A DNA stretch of 64,000 bases from Pseudomonadota bacterium. Its GTDB lineage: Bacteria; Pseudomonadota; Gammaproteobacteria; Arenicellales; Poriferihabitantaceae. Below the pieces are notes generated by a model. It was given only the letters and a program-made list of their open reading frames with translations. It ran no database searches and was not told the DNA's origin. The stretch spans positions 20,542 through 84,541 of the forward strand of contig JBCCGE010000003.1 of assembly GCA_039029455.1 (NCBI GenBank), given 5' to 3'. Numbering within the stretch: position 1 is the first letter of the stretch; each line of letters starts with the position of its first letter. The translations under genes and the position numbers were made by a program. This document shows positions 37,248 through 48,097 of this stretch, in pieces.

Positions 37248-38453
37248 ATGTTCCGTACCTCTTTGCTGCTGATTTTCGGAATCACCGTGGGTGCTGTTCT
37301 CGGCTGGTGGACGCGTGGGGAGCTGGAAACAGCCGGGCGTCCGCAAGCAGCAGTTGCAAAAGCTGCCGTAAACCCAGAGACGACAAAGGGTCCGGACAAT
37401 GTCGCGGTCTCTCCGCAAATTATCGAAGAAATATCGGAGAGCCCGGTTTTCGCCATCGAGTCTGTACCGATTGATGAATTCCCGGGCGTGGACTCCAAGC
37501 GGTCGGTTGCCATTGAGCTCACAGCGGCAAACATCGATGACTTTATGACACTGTGCTCGGGTCAGAGTGACAGCACCATGGACCATTGCCGGCAACAGAT
37601 TATGGAGTCCAATCGTCGTGAAGATCTGGACATGGGTCAGGCAATTTATCTGCATCAACAGTGGCTGGCCGAAAATCCCTCCGATATTGGTATTGGCATT
37701 CAGTATGCTCAGCTTCTGATCGACGGTGGCCGCTACACTGAGGCACTGGATTATCTGGATCAACTTCAGAGTCAAACCAGCGGCGAGTCTGATCTGGTTC
37801 GGGTGCAGCAGTGGCAGTTTCGACTCGGGCAACAGGCTTTGAAACAGCTCTCTCTCGAAGACGACAAGTTGCTGATGTTGCCGCTTCTGGACCGACTCAT
37901 TGTTATGGTCCCTGACCACGCGCCGTGGCGATTTGCGCTGGCGCAGCTGCAGTATGATGCCGGCAAGCTGAGTGAATCTCTAGACAGTCTGGGCTACCTG
38001 CTGTACGACAATGTATTCGGAGAGCGCGCACAGGCGCTCTACGATTCCATCATCGACCGGATGAGTTTGTCCAATTACACTGAAGTGCCGCTGCTAAGAA
38101 AGGGAAACCACTTTGTGGTGAAGGCGCTGGTGGGTGGTCGCGAACAAATGAACCTGTTGATCGACACCGGCGCATCACTGACAACAATCGATAAACGCAG
38201 CCTCAAACGCAGTGGCCTGCTGCAGGGCGGTCAGCCAATCACCCTGAATACGGCAGGCGGTCGGGTTGCCTCCACACTACAGCCTCTGTCGAGCCTGAGC
38301 CTCGCCAATCAAACACTATACAATCTCAAAATAGCGACTTTGGACCACAGCCAGAATCAGGTTGACGGTCTTCTGGGTATGGACTATCTGGGTCAGTTTG
38401 ACTTTGTTCTTGATCAGGATCAGGCCATTCTGTTTCTGACCCCAAAACAATAG
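37248..38453 (+). CDS. TPR-containing retropepsin-like (clan AA) aspartic protease
   Basis: N-terminal TM anchor, central TPR-like repeats, and C-terminal GNHFVVKALVGGREQMNLLIDTGASLTTID plus LLGMDYLGQF. Confidence 0.75.
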   Translation: MFRTSLLLIFGITVGAVLGWWTRGELETAGRPQAAVAKAAVNPETTKGPDNVAVSPQIIEEISESPVFAIESVPIDEFPGVDSKRSVAIELTAANIDDFMTLCSGQSDSTMDHCRQQIMESNRREDLDMGQAIYLHQQWLAENPSDIGIGIQYAQLLIDGGRYTEALDYLDQLQSQTSGESDLVRVQQWQFRLGQQALKQLSLEDDKLLMLPLLDRLIVMVPDHAPWRFALAQLQYDAGKLSESLDSLGYLLYDNVFGERAQALYDSIIDRMSLSNYTEVPLLRKGNHFVVKALVGGREQMNLLIDTGASLTTIDKRSLKRSGLLQGGQPITLNTAGGRVASTLQPLSSLSLANQTLYNLKIATLDHSQNQVDGLLGMDYLGQFDFVLDQDQAILFLTPKQ

Positions 38454-38561
38454 ATATCAAGTACTTATGACGACACAAGCCGTCTGCAAGTGAGCGTGTT
38501 CATGATCGATTCACAACATTATGTTAAGTAAAAGAATCCAATTCAACGAAAAAATGATTTC

Positions 38562-38999
38562 ATGAATCCTGACAAAAGAAAAACACTGAAAACACTGGCG
38601 GCCGGTAGTGCCATGGCCGCGATCCCGAGTCTTTCACTGACCAAGCCAGCGTCTCCCCTTAATGTGGTGGTCGAACACGGGCTTTCCCGAGATCACGATC
38701 GCGTCGTCATATCGAATTCGGGTACAGACAGCGTAAACATCTCGCACATTACACCAAAGGTCATCCACACTCCGGATGGCAGCATAGAGATGGATATCCT
38801 GGCGGCTGAAGGTCCATTGATGCTGCCGCCAGGCAGTCAGCTGGTGTTTCCGATTAAAACAACGGCTCCCAGTCGGCGCGGCCAGATGCAGACTCCGTTT
38901 GTACCCGAACTGGTCGCGCACAAGCTGAAGATTCACGTTCCGGGTGTGAATGTGACGAACTCAACGGTATTGACCCGTTTTAATCCGGAACTGGTCTGA
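38562..38999 (+). CDS. Hypothetical secreted protein
   Basis: MNPDKRKTLKTLAAGSAMAAIPSLSL (Tat-like but KRK instead of RR), followed by a beta-rich ~115-aa domain. No family recognised. Confidence 0.5.
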   Translation: MNPDKRKTLKTLAAGSAMAAIPSLSLTKPASPLNVVVEHGLSRDHDRVVISNSGTDSVNISHITPKVIHTPDGSIEMDILAAEGPLMLPPGSQLVFPIKTTAPSRRGQMQTPFVPELVAHKLKIHVPGVNVTNSTVLTRFNPELV

Positions 39000-39092
39000 C
39001 AGTATCGATCCCGGTTTGCTAAAATAATTGCACTCCGGGATCATCGAATGGATCGGGAATGCCGGAGGTTAACCGGCAGAAAATAATTAACC

Positions 39093-39797
39093 ATGAACGA
39101 TACCTCTGGATCGTCCAGTAGTACTCCGTCTGATGAACAGACTAAAAAGCAGGCTGCGTTCGCAGCCTGCGACCTGTTTACGGACCTCACCCCTGATGAA
39201 CTGGCATCACTGGCGCGGCACGCTCGTTTACAGAACTACAGTCGCGGCGCCATCATTATGGGTTCAGGTGAACAGACGGATTCGATCTACCTGCTGACTT
39301 CAGGACGGGTCAGAGCATTTCGCGACAGTGAAGAAGGCCGTCAAATCACTCTAAATATCATCAATCCTGGAGAGATTTTTGGCGAACTTGCGGCGATTTC
39401 GAATGAGCCCAGAGTCGCCACTATTGAAACTCTCGAAGAGTGCACCACGCTGGTGATCACTCCACAGTATTTCGTGGACTTAATTTCATCGAACCCGCAG
39501 GTGGCGCTGACCCTCATTCGTATAATGGTCGAACGAGTGCAGGCCATGTCAATCGATCTCTCTGATATTGCACTGCTGGAGATGTATGGTCGGGTGGCGC
39601 GGGTGCTGGTGAAAAAAGCTGAACAGATCGACGGCGGTTGGGCCATTGAAAACATCACCCATCAGGATATTGCCAACCTGACCGGATCTTCGAGAGAAAC
39701 GGTCAGCCGGATCATTAAGATGCTGCGACAAAAAGAACTGATCGAGACGGAGGGTCGACAGATCAGGTTGTCTGAAGAATTGATGGAGACGATGTAG
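39093..39797 (+). CDS. Crp/Fnr family transcriptional regulator
   Basis: cNMP-binding domain (GEIFGELA) and C-terminal HTH TGSSRETVSRIIKMLRQ. Confidence 0.9.
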   Translation: MNDTSGSSSSTPSDEQTKKQAAFAACDLFTDLTPDELASLARHARLQNYSRGAIIMGSGEQTDSIYLLTSGRVRAFRDSEEGRQITLNIINPGEIFGELAAISNEPRVATIETLEECTTLVITPQYFVDLISSNPQVALTLIRIMVERVQAMSIDLSDIALLEMYGRVARVLVKKAEQIDGGWAIENITHQDIANLTGSSRETVSRIIKMLRQKELIETEGRQIRLSEELMETM

Positions 39798-39834
39798 TCA
39801 TCCATCGTTAAGCGGTGTTGCGTCGCCGGGGATA

Positions 39835-41889
39835 TTAGTCCGGTTTTCGAATGATCAAAGCATCGACGGCTGTGGCCCCCGAATGGGTCACCATGACCGG
39901 ATTAACGTCCATTTCTGAAATCTGGTCTGCAAGCGCCGCGCAGGCTACCGAAAAAGCACTAAGGGCAGTGGCTGCTGACGTCATGTCGCGCGGAGACTCC
40001 CCGCGGACACCGTCGATAAGTTGCGCGACCCGAAGTTTACGAATCAGTGATAACGCGACATCGTCACTAAATGGTGCGCGTGCAAAACATCGTTCGTCAA
40101 ACAATTCAACAAGCCTGCCGCCGGGAGACACCATCACCAGTGGACCAAACTCGGGATCCACAACACAGCCGAACGCGAGTTCAATCCCGCTTTCAATTTG
40201 TCGCTGGAGTGTGACTCGGGGTCCGAGCTGTGTCGTCAGATTTTTGTAGCGCTGCAAGAGGTTCTTTTCGTCGTTAATGTCCAGAAAAACCCCGTCGACA
40301 TCACTCTTGTGTTCGACGCCTGGTTCGGCCGTTTTCAGCACGAGTGGAAAGCCGAGCTCCTCTGCCATTGCCCTTACTTCACTATCCAGATTGCATACAC
40401 CATTTTTGGCGACGTCGAGGCCAAAATATTCAAGTATTCCGAGGCTTACGGATTCATCGAGCACTCCATGCGGCAGCGTGAACTTCGGGACTTTCGGGCG
40501 ATCCGGTACAGCCATGCCACGTGCGTCAGCCCAGTCCTGAAAATGCTGAATGGCTTGTAGCATGGTTTCTGCGCCGTTTAGATACGGCACGCCGAGGTCC
40601 GCCAGTTCGTCGCCCAATCTGCGGTTGTGTGCACGACCAAAACTGGCGTAGGCAAATACCGGCTTGTCGGTTCGCTGGGTGAGCGTGCGCATCAGTGACC
40701 ACAGCTTTTCATCGTAGACATAGTCGTCACGAAGATCGATTTCAAAACCCAGCATTGAAACTTCGTCAGCGCGGGCGAAATGATCCAGCCCATGCTCAAA
40801 CGGCACATAGAACTCGTCGGTGAAATCCGCGGCACAATCGAGCGGGTTTGATGGCTCAAGTTCGGGTGGCAGAACCGCGCGCAGAGAATCCCGGGTAGAA
40901 GATGACAGCTCCGCGAGACGAGTGCCGTTTTCTTCTGCAAGGTCGAGTGTCATCTCTCGCAATCCCCCGCTGTCGGTGATTAGCCCCGGCCGGCCGGCAT
41001 CGGGGACTCTGCCCATCGAACACAGCAAAGCGGTGTTCATCAGTGCATCTACTGAATTGACCGATATCGCGCCGCACTCGCGAAACACGGCAGCATAGGC
41101 CTCATGGCTGCCTGCCAGTGCGCCGGTATGTGATCGTGCCAGTCTTGCACTCTCCTCAGTGCGGCCAACCTTGCAGATGACAACCGGTTTTCCGGCATCG
41201 CGTGCCTGCAACAGACATTTGATCAGCCCTTCCGGGTTGCGCGCGCTTTCCATAAATACCGCGATGGTATGAGTAGTTTCCCGTTCAGTCGCGAATGAAA
41301 TATATTCATCGACTGTTGCACCAATTTCCTGACCTGGGGATGACAGCAGGTCAAATCGAAATCGCGGGTCGTTCATGCCCAACACGGTGAATACGCTTCC
41401 CGAATGCGCAATCAGACTGATACCCCCGGCTTTCATCTGATCGACCGGATAGAAGCTGCCAACGAGTCCATTCTGCATGTTGATAAGCCCCATCCCGGAA
41501 CCCCCGCATATCGGAATATTGGCTTCCCGAGCGATCGATTTTAGCCGTGATAACAGTGTCTCACCGTCGGCAGACTGCCCCTGACAGGTGTCAAAAATAA
41601 CCGCAGATTTTGCACCGGCATCGATAGCATCGATTAGCGCCCCCTCCAGATTACGACGCCCAACTCCAAGAATCGCCATATCGGGGGCATGGTCAAGCTC
41701 TCGAACTGACGTCAGTACTTCACGGTCGAGAATGGTGCCGCCCCGCGGATTGATAAAACTGAGATCCCCGGAGTATCCCCGGGAAAGCGCAGCCTTTGCC
41801 ATTCGTTCACCGAAGGAGTCCGGCTTTGCCGACGCCCCGACCACGGCGACTGACTGCGCATTAAACAGCGGCGACAAACGATGAGGCAT
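39835..41889 (-). CDS. ADP-forming acyl-CoA synthetase (acetate--CoA ligase family; CoA-binding plus ATP-grasp)
   Basis: 684 aa. QSVAVVGASAKPDSFG (CoA-binding Rossmann), succinyl-CoA-ligase-like middle region and a C-terminal ATP-grasp region. Confidence 0.85.
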   Translation of the reverse strand: MPHRLSPLFNAQSVAVVGASAKPDSFGERMAKAALSRGYSGDLSFINPRGGTILDREVLTSVRELDHAPDMAILGVGRRNLEGALIDAIDAGAKSAVIFDTCQGQSADGETLLSRLKSIAREANIPICGGSGMGLINMQNGLVGSFYPVDQMKAGGISLIAHSGSVFTVLGMNDPRFRFDLLSSPGQEIGATVDEYISFATERETTHTIAVFMESARNPEGLIKCLLQARDAGKPVVICKVGRTEESARLARSHTGALAGSHEAYAAVFRECGAISVNSVDALMNTALLCSMGRVPDAGRPGLITDSGGLREMTLDLAEENGTRLAELSSSTRDSLRAVLPPELEPSNPLDCAADFTDEFYVPFEHGLDHFARADEVSMLGFEIDLRDDYVYDEKLWSLMRTLTQRTDKPVFAYASFGRAHNRRLGDELADLGVPYLNGAETMLQAIQHFQDWADARGMAVPDRPKVPKFTLPHGVLDESVSLGILEYFGLDVAKNGVCNLDSEVRAMAEELGFPLVLKTAEPGVEHKSDVDGVFLDINDEKNLLQRYKNLTTQLGPRVTLQRQIESGIELAFGCVVDPEFGPLVMVSPGGRLVELFDERCFARAPFSDDVALSLIRKLRVAQLIDGVRGESPRDMTSAATALSAFSVACAALADQISEMDVNPVMVTHSGATAVDALIIRKPD

Positions 41890-41893
41890 AGTC

Positions 41894-42721
41894 TCAGCCT
41901 TTGAATTCAGGGTCTCGTTTTTCAGTGAACGCTACCGAACCTTCAGTAAAGTCGTCCGACTGGATCATACGGTGATAGTTGGGCATTTCGCTTTTTCCGA
42001 CCCAGGCACGTCGAACAGCGAGGTGACTGTCTTCAACTGAGCGGTGACCGTAATGACGCATGTATTCCTTGAGCGCCGTGGCGACCAGAGGTGCCCCGTC
42101 AGAAATGGTGTTGGCGATACCGCGGGCGTGCTCAATAAGTTCGCCTGAGGGAACTACATCGCGAACGAGACCATAGTGTCTGGCCTCGTCAGCATACATC
42201 CTACGCCCGGTCAAAATCATATCCATAGCCACTCCCCAAGGGATTCGATGATGCAGTTTCTGGATGGCTCCGCCGTCCGGAAGAAAACCACGCTGCATTT
42301 CCGGGAGCCAAAAGTATGCGTCGTCCGAGCAGACGATAATGTCCCCACCAAGCGCGAGTTCGAAACCGCCACCAATGGCGCCGCCTGCTACCGCAACGAT
42401 TACCGGCTTATAAAGATCGAAGAATTCCGGCAGTCCACCAAGACCTCCGGGACCGAGATCAAATCCGTTTTCGGTCTCATCGCTGCCCCCGGCCGCAAAC
42501 TCTTTTAAATCCCATCCAGCGGAAAATATATTCTTGTCGTTTCCCGCGCTGTAGAGCAGTCCCACACGCAGATTATCGTCGTCATTCAGGCGACTGAATG
42601 CGGAATACATGCTCTGACTTAATGCGAGGTTGATCGCATTCACTGGTGGGCGTGCCATCACCACTTCCAGAACGTGGCCTTGTGAGGTTACCTGCAGCTG
42701 ATCGGACATTTCACGGAACAC
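41894..42721 (-). CDS. Enoyl-CoA hydratase/isomerase (crotonase) family protein
   Basis: FSAGWDLKEF and AVAGGAIGGGFELALGGD; 275 aa. Its stop is 4 nt from the downstream start. Confidence 0.9.
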   Translation of the reverse strand: MFREMSDQLQVTSQGHVLEVVMARPPVNAINLALSQSMYSAFSRLNDDDNLRVGLLYSAGNDKNIFSAGWDLKEFAAGGSDETENGFDLGPGGLGGLPEFFDLYKPVIVAVAGGAIGGGFELALGGDIIVCSDDAYFWLPEMQRGFLPDGGAIQKLHHRIPWGVAMDMILTGRRMYADEARHYGLVRDVVPSGELIEHARGIANTISDGAPLVATALKEYMRHYGHRSVEDSHLAVRRAWVGKSEMPNYHRMIQSDDFTEGSVAFTEKRDPEFKG

Positions 42722-42845
42722 ATGAGATGGTTTAAACCGGGAAAACGGATGCGTCGAAAGCCGTTTACAGTCGAATTTGGGCGAATGCTATCATGATTTT
42801 GAGGCCTGGCAACGTGGCTCCGTCAGGTCTGACCCGGGTCCTGAA

Positions 42846-45281
42846 TCAGCGATCGAGCAGCTCGTCGATGGATTTACTAACGTGCGGGAAGTCCCCATTC
42901 CAGTAGCGGGTATGGCCGCCGTATCCAAGGCACATCTCACGGGTTCGGTCATCACGCCCAATGCTCCAGTCCCGCGACCATCGATCCGGGTCATAGTCGT
43001 CTCGCCACAAATACCGGCCGATGTAGTCTCCACTGCAATACAGATTCCACCAGTGTTGCAGACCAAACTCTGTCGGATCGGGGCCGTTCTCATTTTGATC
43101 CCGAACCCAGTGGTAATGATACGGAAACCGCTTTCGATACAGCTGCCTCAGGGGGCTGCCAAAGGTGAGAAGCTTAAGCGGTGGCAGGTGCTGATACAGA
43201 GACGTTTCCGAATCTTCATCACTTAGTGTATTTTCTCTGAATCGAAAGCGCAGGCAGTCGGCGGTAATCACTGTACCCTGACTGTGAGTGACAAACACAA
43301 CCTGATCATAACCGCGCCCGTTTTCACTGTCCCTCCAGCGGCCAATGTAGTCCAGCAAAGAGTAGAAACGGCGGGAGATTGCGGCTCTCGGGTTTTTATT
43401 AACCGGACGCATGCGCAACCAGTTGGTCACATCCAATCCGACATCCAGTCCTGCTCGGAATCCAAGTGAGAGTCCGCGAAGTGGTCCCTTGCTGCCAAAG
43501 AAAAAAACCAATGCACCGAGTCCAATCGCCAGTGCGACCGAGCGCTGCACGCTGCCTGTAGGTGGCTGCGAAATAACGAGATAAAGCCAGTCAAGCGGAA
43601 CGGCGATGATCAATAACCATCGGTAGAATTCACCGCTGACACGGAGCCCCCTGAATGCGTGGTCGATCAACTCTCCGAGTCGTTGGGTGTCACCGTCTCG
43701 ACGAAGAATCAGGTCACTGACGGGGCCGGGACTCAAAACCCACACTGCGAATGCCAGTGCCAGAATCAGGCCGAAGACAATTTCCGGCAGATGCGGAAAC
43801 AGATTCAGGTCAAGCATAGCCCGCAGTAAATCCGCATGATTGGAGTGGATTAGTTTGGTGGCGCCAAAATACAGAACTTCCCACATGGAATACGACACCA
43901 GCATGACGACAAGCCCCGGAATCACCAGACTGAGCACCCCGGTCCAGATTGCATTTCCCGCTTCTGTGCCCTCGCGATTTTTTAGTGTAAACGAAAGAAT
44001 CAGACCGCATAGACTATTGAGCAGTGTGCCGACAACAAAGATCAGCCAGGCGGCTACATTGACAAGGCCGAAAACCAAAAACCCACCGATTCCCGCGACC
44101 AGAATTCCACCGGCCTCCTCATCTGAGACTTTCCAAAGCAAATTCATTATGTCATCGGAAAAAAGATCAAGTACACCGATCAGTTTCAGACCCTGATCCG
44201 GGTACATCAGCATGGCCAGAAAAATAACACCGGTCAGTGGTACCAGACACCAGGATACAGATAGGGCACCAGGTCTTCGCTGCTCATAGCTCTTACAGAT
44301 GGCAATGACCCCAACGGCTACACCAATCCAGAGTAGTGAAACGAGAATCCGATAGCTGCCGTAGTCAAAAGACACGTTTCGATAAACGGCCCAGATAATG
44401 AGCAGGGAAAGCGGAAACAGCGCAGCCCGAAAAACAGGAGACACCGATCGGCCGGCAGAGCAGGTCACCAGAAAAACAAACAGCGAGATCAGTGCGGCGT
44501 TAAAAACCGGCACCCAGACCTCAAGTGATAGCGCCTCGACCAAAACGGGTACTCCGCTGACCAGCAGCGTCAAAAGACAAAGGTAGCTGATCGGTACCAG
44601 GATTGTCAGAGAAAACTCAGCGGTCAAATGCGTACGCAAAAGTGTTGACCAGACCCCGGTGTGTTTTGAATAACGTGAGGCGCGTTCGATGCTGCGACCA
44701 CCAATTCGCGGAAACAGGAACATGAACAGGTAGAACTCGAAGAATGCTGTAAACAAACCGTTGCCGAGTCGCGACAGATCGGCCCAGTACATCTCGAACA
44801 AATCGACATGATCGCATTGACCGTCCGCATTCACGCGTCGACAGGAAACCACCTGCGTGGAGTGCAGTTGATCGTCTGCGGAAGCATCAAAGTCCTGTAA
44901 CTGGGAACGGACTGACTCATGCTCAAACTCAACCGGATTGAATTCTCCTGATTGCATTCGGGTTCCGTTTTCAAAATCGATTGACTCGCTGTACTCCATG
45001 CTGCGATCGATTTCACTGGTCTGGTTCAAGCGGTCAATGAATGCATCAGAGTCCTTGGTTTTGATTCGTTTGCCCAGAGGAATATCCCGCAGTGGAATTT
45101 GAATGTCGCGTTCTTCAAATTCATCGTACCGACTGCCGTTTTCGACAGACGACAACAATGCTGCAGTGGCATTTAGTGTCGCAAACTGTGGTTGATCGGC
45201 CACCCCGTGAACGGCGATCACGGCGGTTCTCAGTCTGCGTCCTGAATTGTTCTTATTCGAGTCCATATTCTTGAGTGACAA
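42846..45281 (-). CDS. Large polytopic membrane protein with lipase-like alpha/beta-hydrolase motifs divided between the N- and C-terminal soluble regions
   Basis: 811 aa. N-terminus has [13 protein letters not shown] and [13 protein letters not shown]. About a dozen hydrophobic helices span aa ~175-600. C-terminus has [10 protein letters not shown] (Ser667), [19 protein letters not shown] (Asp752) and [10 protein letters not shown] (His790). Confidence 0.8.
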   Translation of the reverse strand: MSLKNMDSNKNNSGRRLRTAVIAVHGVADQPQFATLNATAALLSSVENGSRYDEFEERDIQIPLRDIPLGKRIKTKDSDAFIDRLNQTSEIDRSMEYSESIDFENGTRMQSGEFNPVEFEHESVRSQLQDFDASADDQLHSTQVVSCRRVNADGQCDHVDLFEMYWADLSRLGNGLFTAFFEFYLFMFLFPRIGGRSIERASRYSKHTGVWSTLLRTHLTAEFSLTILVPISYLCLLTLLVSGVPVLVEALSLEVWVPVFNAALISLFVFLVTCSAGRSVSPVFRAALFPLSLLIIWAVYRNVSFDYGSYRILVSLLWIGVAVGVIAICKSYEQRRPGALSVSWCLVPLTGVIFLAMLMYPDQGLKLIGVLDLFSDDIMNLLWKVSDEEAGGILVAGIGGFLVFGLVNVAAWLIFVVGTLLNSLCGLILSFTLKNREGTEAGNAIWTGVLSLVIPGLVVMLVSYSMWEVLYFGATKLIHSNHADLLRAMLDLNLFPHLPEIVFGLILALAFAVWVLSPGPVSDLILRRDGDTQRLGELIDHAFRGLRVSGEFYRWLLIIAVPLDWLYLVISQPPTGSVQRSVALAIGLGALVFFFGSKGPLRGLSLGFRAGLDVGLDVTNWLRMRPVNKNPRAAISRRFYSLLDYIGRWRDSENGRGYDQVVFVTHSQGTVITADCLRFRFRENTLSDEDSETSLYQHLPPLKLLTFGSPLRQLYRKRFPYHYHWVRDQNENGPDPTEFGLQHWWNLYCSGDYIGRYLWRDDYDPDRWSRDWSIGRDDRTREMCLGYGGHTRYWNGDFPHVSKSIDELLDR

Positions 45282-45356
45282 GAAATCGGCATCAATGTAA
45301 CAGAATTCGGTATTTCAATTTACTATAATCCGGTCCCCCAATCGCTTTCAATTTCA

Positions 45357-46325
45357 ATGCCAACCCGATCACAAGACGTGCTGGTTTGCGCGCTGTACAA
45401 GTTTGTGGCTTTGCCGGACTACCGAAATTTACAGCCACAACTGCTTTCGGTGATGCTGGATAATCAGGTGCGCGGCACGCTTCTTCTGGCGAGCGAGGGC
45501 CTGAATGGAACAGTAGCCGGATCCCCCGAACCGGTGGGGAAGCTTATCGATTGGATTCGGCGACAACCGTCACTGCAGGATATCGAAGTCAAGGAATCGT
45601 ATGCGAACGCCCTGCCCTTCAAACGAAGCAAGGTAAAGCTGAAAAAGGAAATAGTGACAATGGGTATCGACGGTATCGATCCGGAACAAAGTGCCGGAAC
45701 ATATGTTAATCCTTCTGATTGGAATGCTCTGATAGATGATCCTGAGGTGAAAGTGATTGACACCCGCAACGAATATGAAATCCGGGTGGGGACATTCTCC
45801 AATGCAATCAATCCTCATACTACCAATTTTCGTGAGTTTCCCGATTTTGCAGACGAGCATCTGGATCCGGAGCGAGACAAAAAAATCGCCATGTTCTGTA
45901 CGGGTGGAATACGATGCGAAAAATCGACGGCGTACCTGAAACAGCAGGGGTTTGACGAGGTGTATCACTTAAAAGGCGGTATTCTCAAATACCTCGAAGA
46001 CACGGATGAGCGGGACAGTCGCTGGCAGGGCGAGTGCTTCGTTTTCGATCAACGGGTTACTGTGGACCACAATCTGGATCCGGGTAAATATGACCAGTGT
46101 CACGCCTGTCGTTTACCGATCAGTGATGACGATAAACGCCATGAAAATTACGTAGCCGGTGTAAGCTGCCCCTACTGCTGGGATCGTCGCAGTGATGCGG
46201 ATCGTAAGCGTTATGCCGAGAGGGAAAAACAGATGGAACTGGCATCAATTCGTGGAGAAGATCATTTTGGGCGTCGATATGATGTAGGGGCTCAGCGGAT
46301 TAAAAATAAAGAGAAGACAAGATGA
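45357..46325 (+). CDS. trhO: Rhodanese-domain tRNA uridine(34) hydroxylase TrhO (YceA/UPF0176)
   Basis: [26 protein letters not shown] and rhodanese active site [16 protein letters not shown]. Confidence 0.85.
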   Translation: MPTRSQDVLVCALYKFVALPDYRNLQPQLLSVMLDNQVRGTLLLASEGLNGTVAGSPEPVGKLIDWIRRQPSLQDIEVKESYANALPFKRSKVKLKKEIVTMGIDGIDPEQSAGTYVNPSDWNALIDDPEVKVIDTRNEYEIRVGTFSNAINPHTTNFREFPDFADEHLDPERDKKIAMFCTGGIRCEKSTAYLKQQGFDEVYHLKGGILKYLEDTDERDSRWQGECFVFDQRVTVDHNLDPGKYDQCHACRLPISDDDKRHENYVAGVSCPYCWDRRSDADRKRYAEREKQMELASIRGEDHFGRRYDVGAQRIKNKEKTR

Positions 46326-47014
46326 AGCCATTTTTTTCTACGCTTGACTGGGTGGCACTGGGTTGGTTTTTTGTAATCTGGGTTGGATACTCGCTGTTGG
46401 CGGACCACAGCAAAATTACGGATCGCAGTATCACTACTGCCGTGAACAAAAAAAGAAAACAGTGGATGGAGCAAATGCTGTTGAGAGATTTGCGCATGGT
46501 GGATACGCAGATTATGGGAAATCTCGGCAACGGTATCGCTTTTTTTGCCTCGACGTCGATACTTATTGTGGGTGGTTTGAGTGCAGCTCTGGCATCAGGT
46601 ACTCAGGCAGTTTCCATATTGAAAGATCTTCCGTTTGCATCGAACTCTTCAGTACTGGGGTTCGAGGCCAAAGTGCTGTTGCTGATCGCTATATTTATTT
46701 ATGCATTCATTAAGTTCTCATGGTCCTTTCGGCTTTCAAATTACTGCTCAATACTGATCGGTGCTGCACCGACGTTGCCCGACGGCAGCAGTATGGAACA
46801 GGTGTCCAGCCAGGCCGAGCTTCCGGCCAGAATTTCCGGGTTGCTCGGTGCACACTTTAATCGCGGTCTGCGGTCGTATTTTTTTGCTCTGGCCGTTTTG
46901 CCCTGGTTTATCCATCCGCTGGGATTCATCGCGTCGACCACTCTGGTGGCTGTCATGCAGTATCGACGTGAGTTTGCCTCCAGGTCCCTAAGATTTATGC
47001 AGACCTATTCGTAA
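46322..47014 (+). CDS. DUF599-like integral membrane protein
   Basis: 230 aa, about 4 TM. ATGA overlap with the trhO stop. The family call is from memory of the DUF599 N-terminus and length. Confidence 0.65.
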   Translation: MKPFFSTLDWVALGWFFVIWVGYSLLADHSKITDRSITTAVNKKRKQWMEQMLLRDLRMVDTQIMGNLGNGIAFFASTSILIVGGLSAALASGTQAVSILKDLPFASNSSVLGFEAKVLLLIAIFIYAFIKFSWSFRLSNYCSILIGAAPTLPDGSSMEQVSSQAELPARISGLLGAHFNRGLRSYFFALAVLPWFIHPLGFIASTTLVAVMQYRREFASRSLRFMQTYS

Positions 47015-47025
47015 CCGGTTTGGCT

Positions 47026-47922
47026 TCATCGGTTTTTGGTGTGAGCACTTTGCCGCGCCTGGTTATAGAGAATCAGGCTGACACCAACGAGCACCACGAC
47101 ACCACCAATGACGGTTTCATTCGTCGGCCACTCCTGTAGCCAGAACCATGCCATCACTGTGACGAATACAGGCTGCAGAAAGAGAAAGCTGGACACGATT
47201 CCGGCCGGTAGTCGCGAAAGTGCATAGAACCAGAGCAAGAATCCAATTCCGCTGGAAAACACGCCCATAACGATGATTGAAATCCACGCAGATACGGGCG
47301 CGTCCATCGCCGGTTGAATGATTCCGGGAATCCAGTAAAGCAGCGGCATAGTCCCCAGTATGCTGGTGTAGGAGGTCATTGACAACGGGCTGTAGTGTTT
47401 GAAATACGGCTTTTGAAACACGAAGAAAATGGCAATGGACACTACCGCGACCAGTAATGCGCCGTAACCGATCAGCGCACCATCAGCACCCTTTGCCAGC
47501 GAAATGACTGCTACACCACCGAAACTCAATAAAATGCCAACCCAGCTTAGCCATCCCAGTGACTCCTTTAGAAAAGCGCGTGCAAGCAGACTGACTACAA
47601 CCGGATTCGCTGTGATGATCATCGAGGCTGCCGCCGCCGTAACCCGACCCAGGCCGAACACAAAAAGCAGTTGATAGACAGTGACGCCGAGAATTGCGAG
47701 TGCGGAGATAACCGGCAGATCTTTCTTTTTTGGCAGCGGAAACATTCCCATTGCAAACAGCGCTATATAGAACGCACTGGCGATGATGTATCGCAGAAGC
47801 ACGATCTGCTCGACAGTAAAAAATGGCAGTGCTGCTTTGCTCGCGGGGAACGCAAAAGCCCACAAAAGTACGGTGGTAAAAGCGGCCAGATATGGCATGT
47901 GGTTTAACGGTTCCTGAAACAA
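47026..47922 (-). CDS. DMT superfamily (EamA-like) transporter
   Basis: 298 aa, 10 hydrophobic helices in two repeats. Confidence 0.85.
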   Translation of the reverse strand: MFQEPLNHMPYLAAFTTVLLWAFAFPASKAALPFFTVEQIVLLRYIIASAFYIALFAMGMFPLPKKKDLPVISALAILGVTVYQLLFVFGLGRVTAAAASMIITANPVVVSLLARAFLKESLGWLSWVGILLSFGGVAVISLAKGADGALIGYGALLVAVVSIAIFFVFQKPYFKHYSPLSMTSYTSILGTMPLLYWIPGIIQPAMDAPVSAWISIIVMGVFSSGIGFLLWFYALSRLPAGIVSSFLFLQPVFVTVMAWFWLQEWPTNETVIGGVVVLVGVSLILYNQARQSAHTKNR

Positions 47923-48097
47923 ACAAAATTAGTGAGCTGCTGCCGATAGTAACTAAAACTGCAGTTCACGGGTGGCATTAATCGGCTGTCGATGTAATTG
48001 ACTTGTTTTCGATTCAGCGAGCTGATGATTTGAGTTTTGGTGTCTGAGCACATACATTCCGTGCTCTGCGTGAACTTTGATTGCGACGAGGTGTTTA

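Noticed and set aside
37158-37919. 253-aa minus-strand ORF antisense to the TPR/aspartic-protease gene
   Set aside because: It has no SD and no recognisable motif, and it is Gln/Leu/Cys/Arg-rich. The opposite strand carries clear family motifs, so this is a long shadow ORF.
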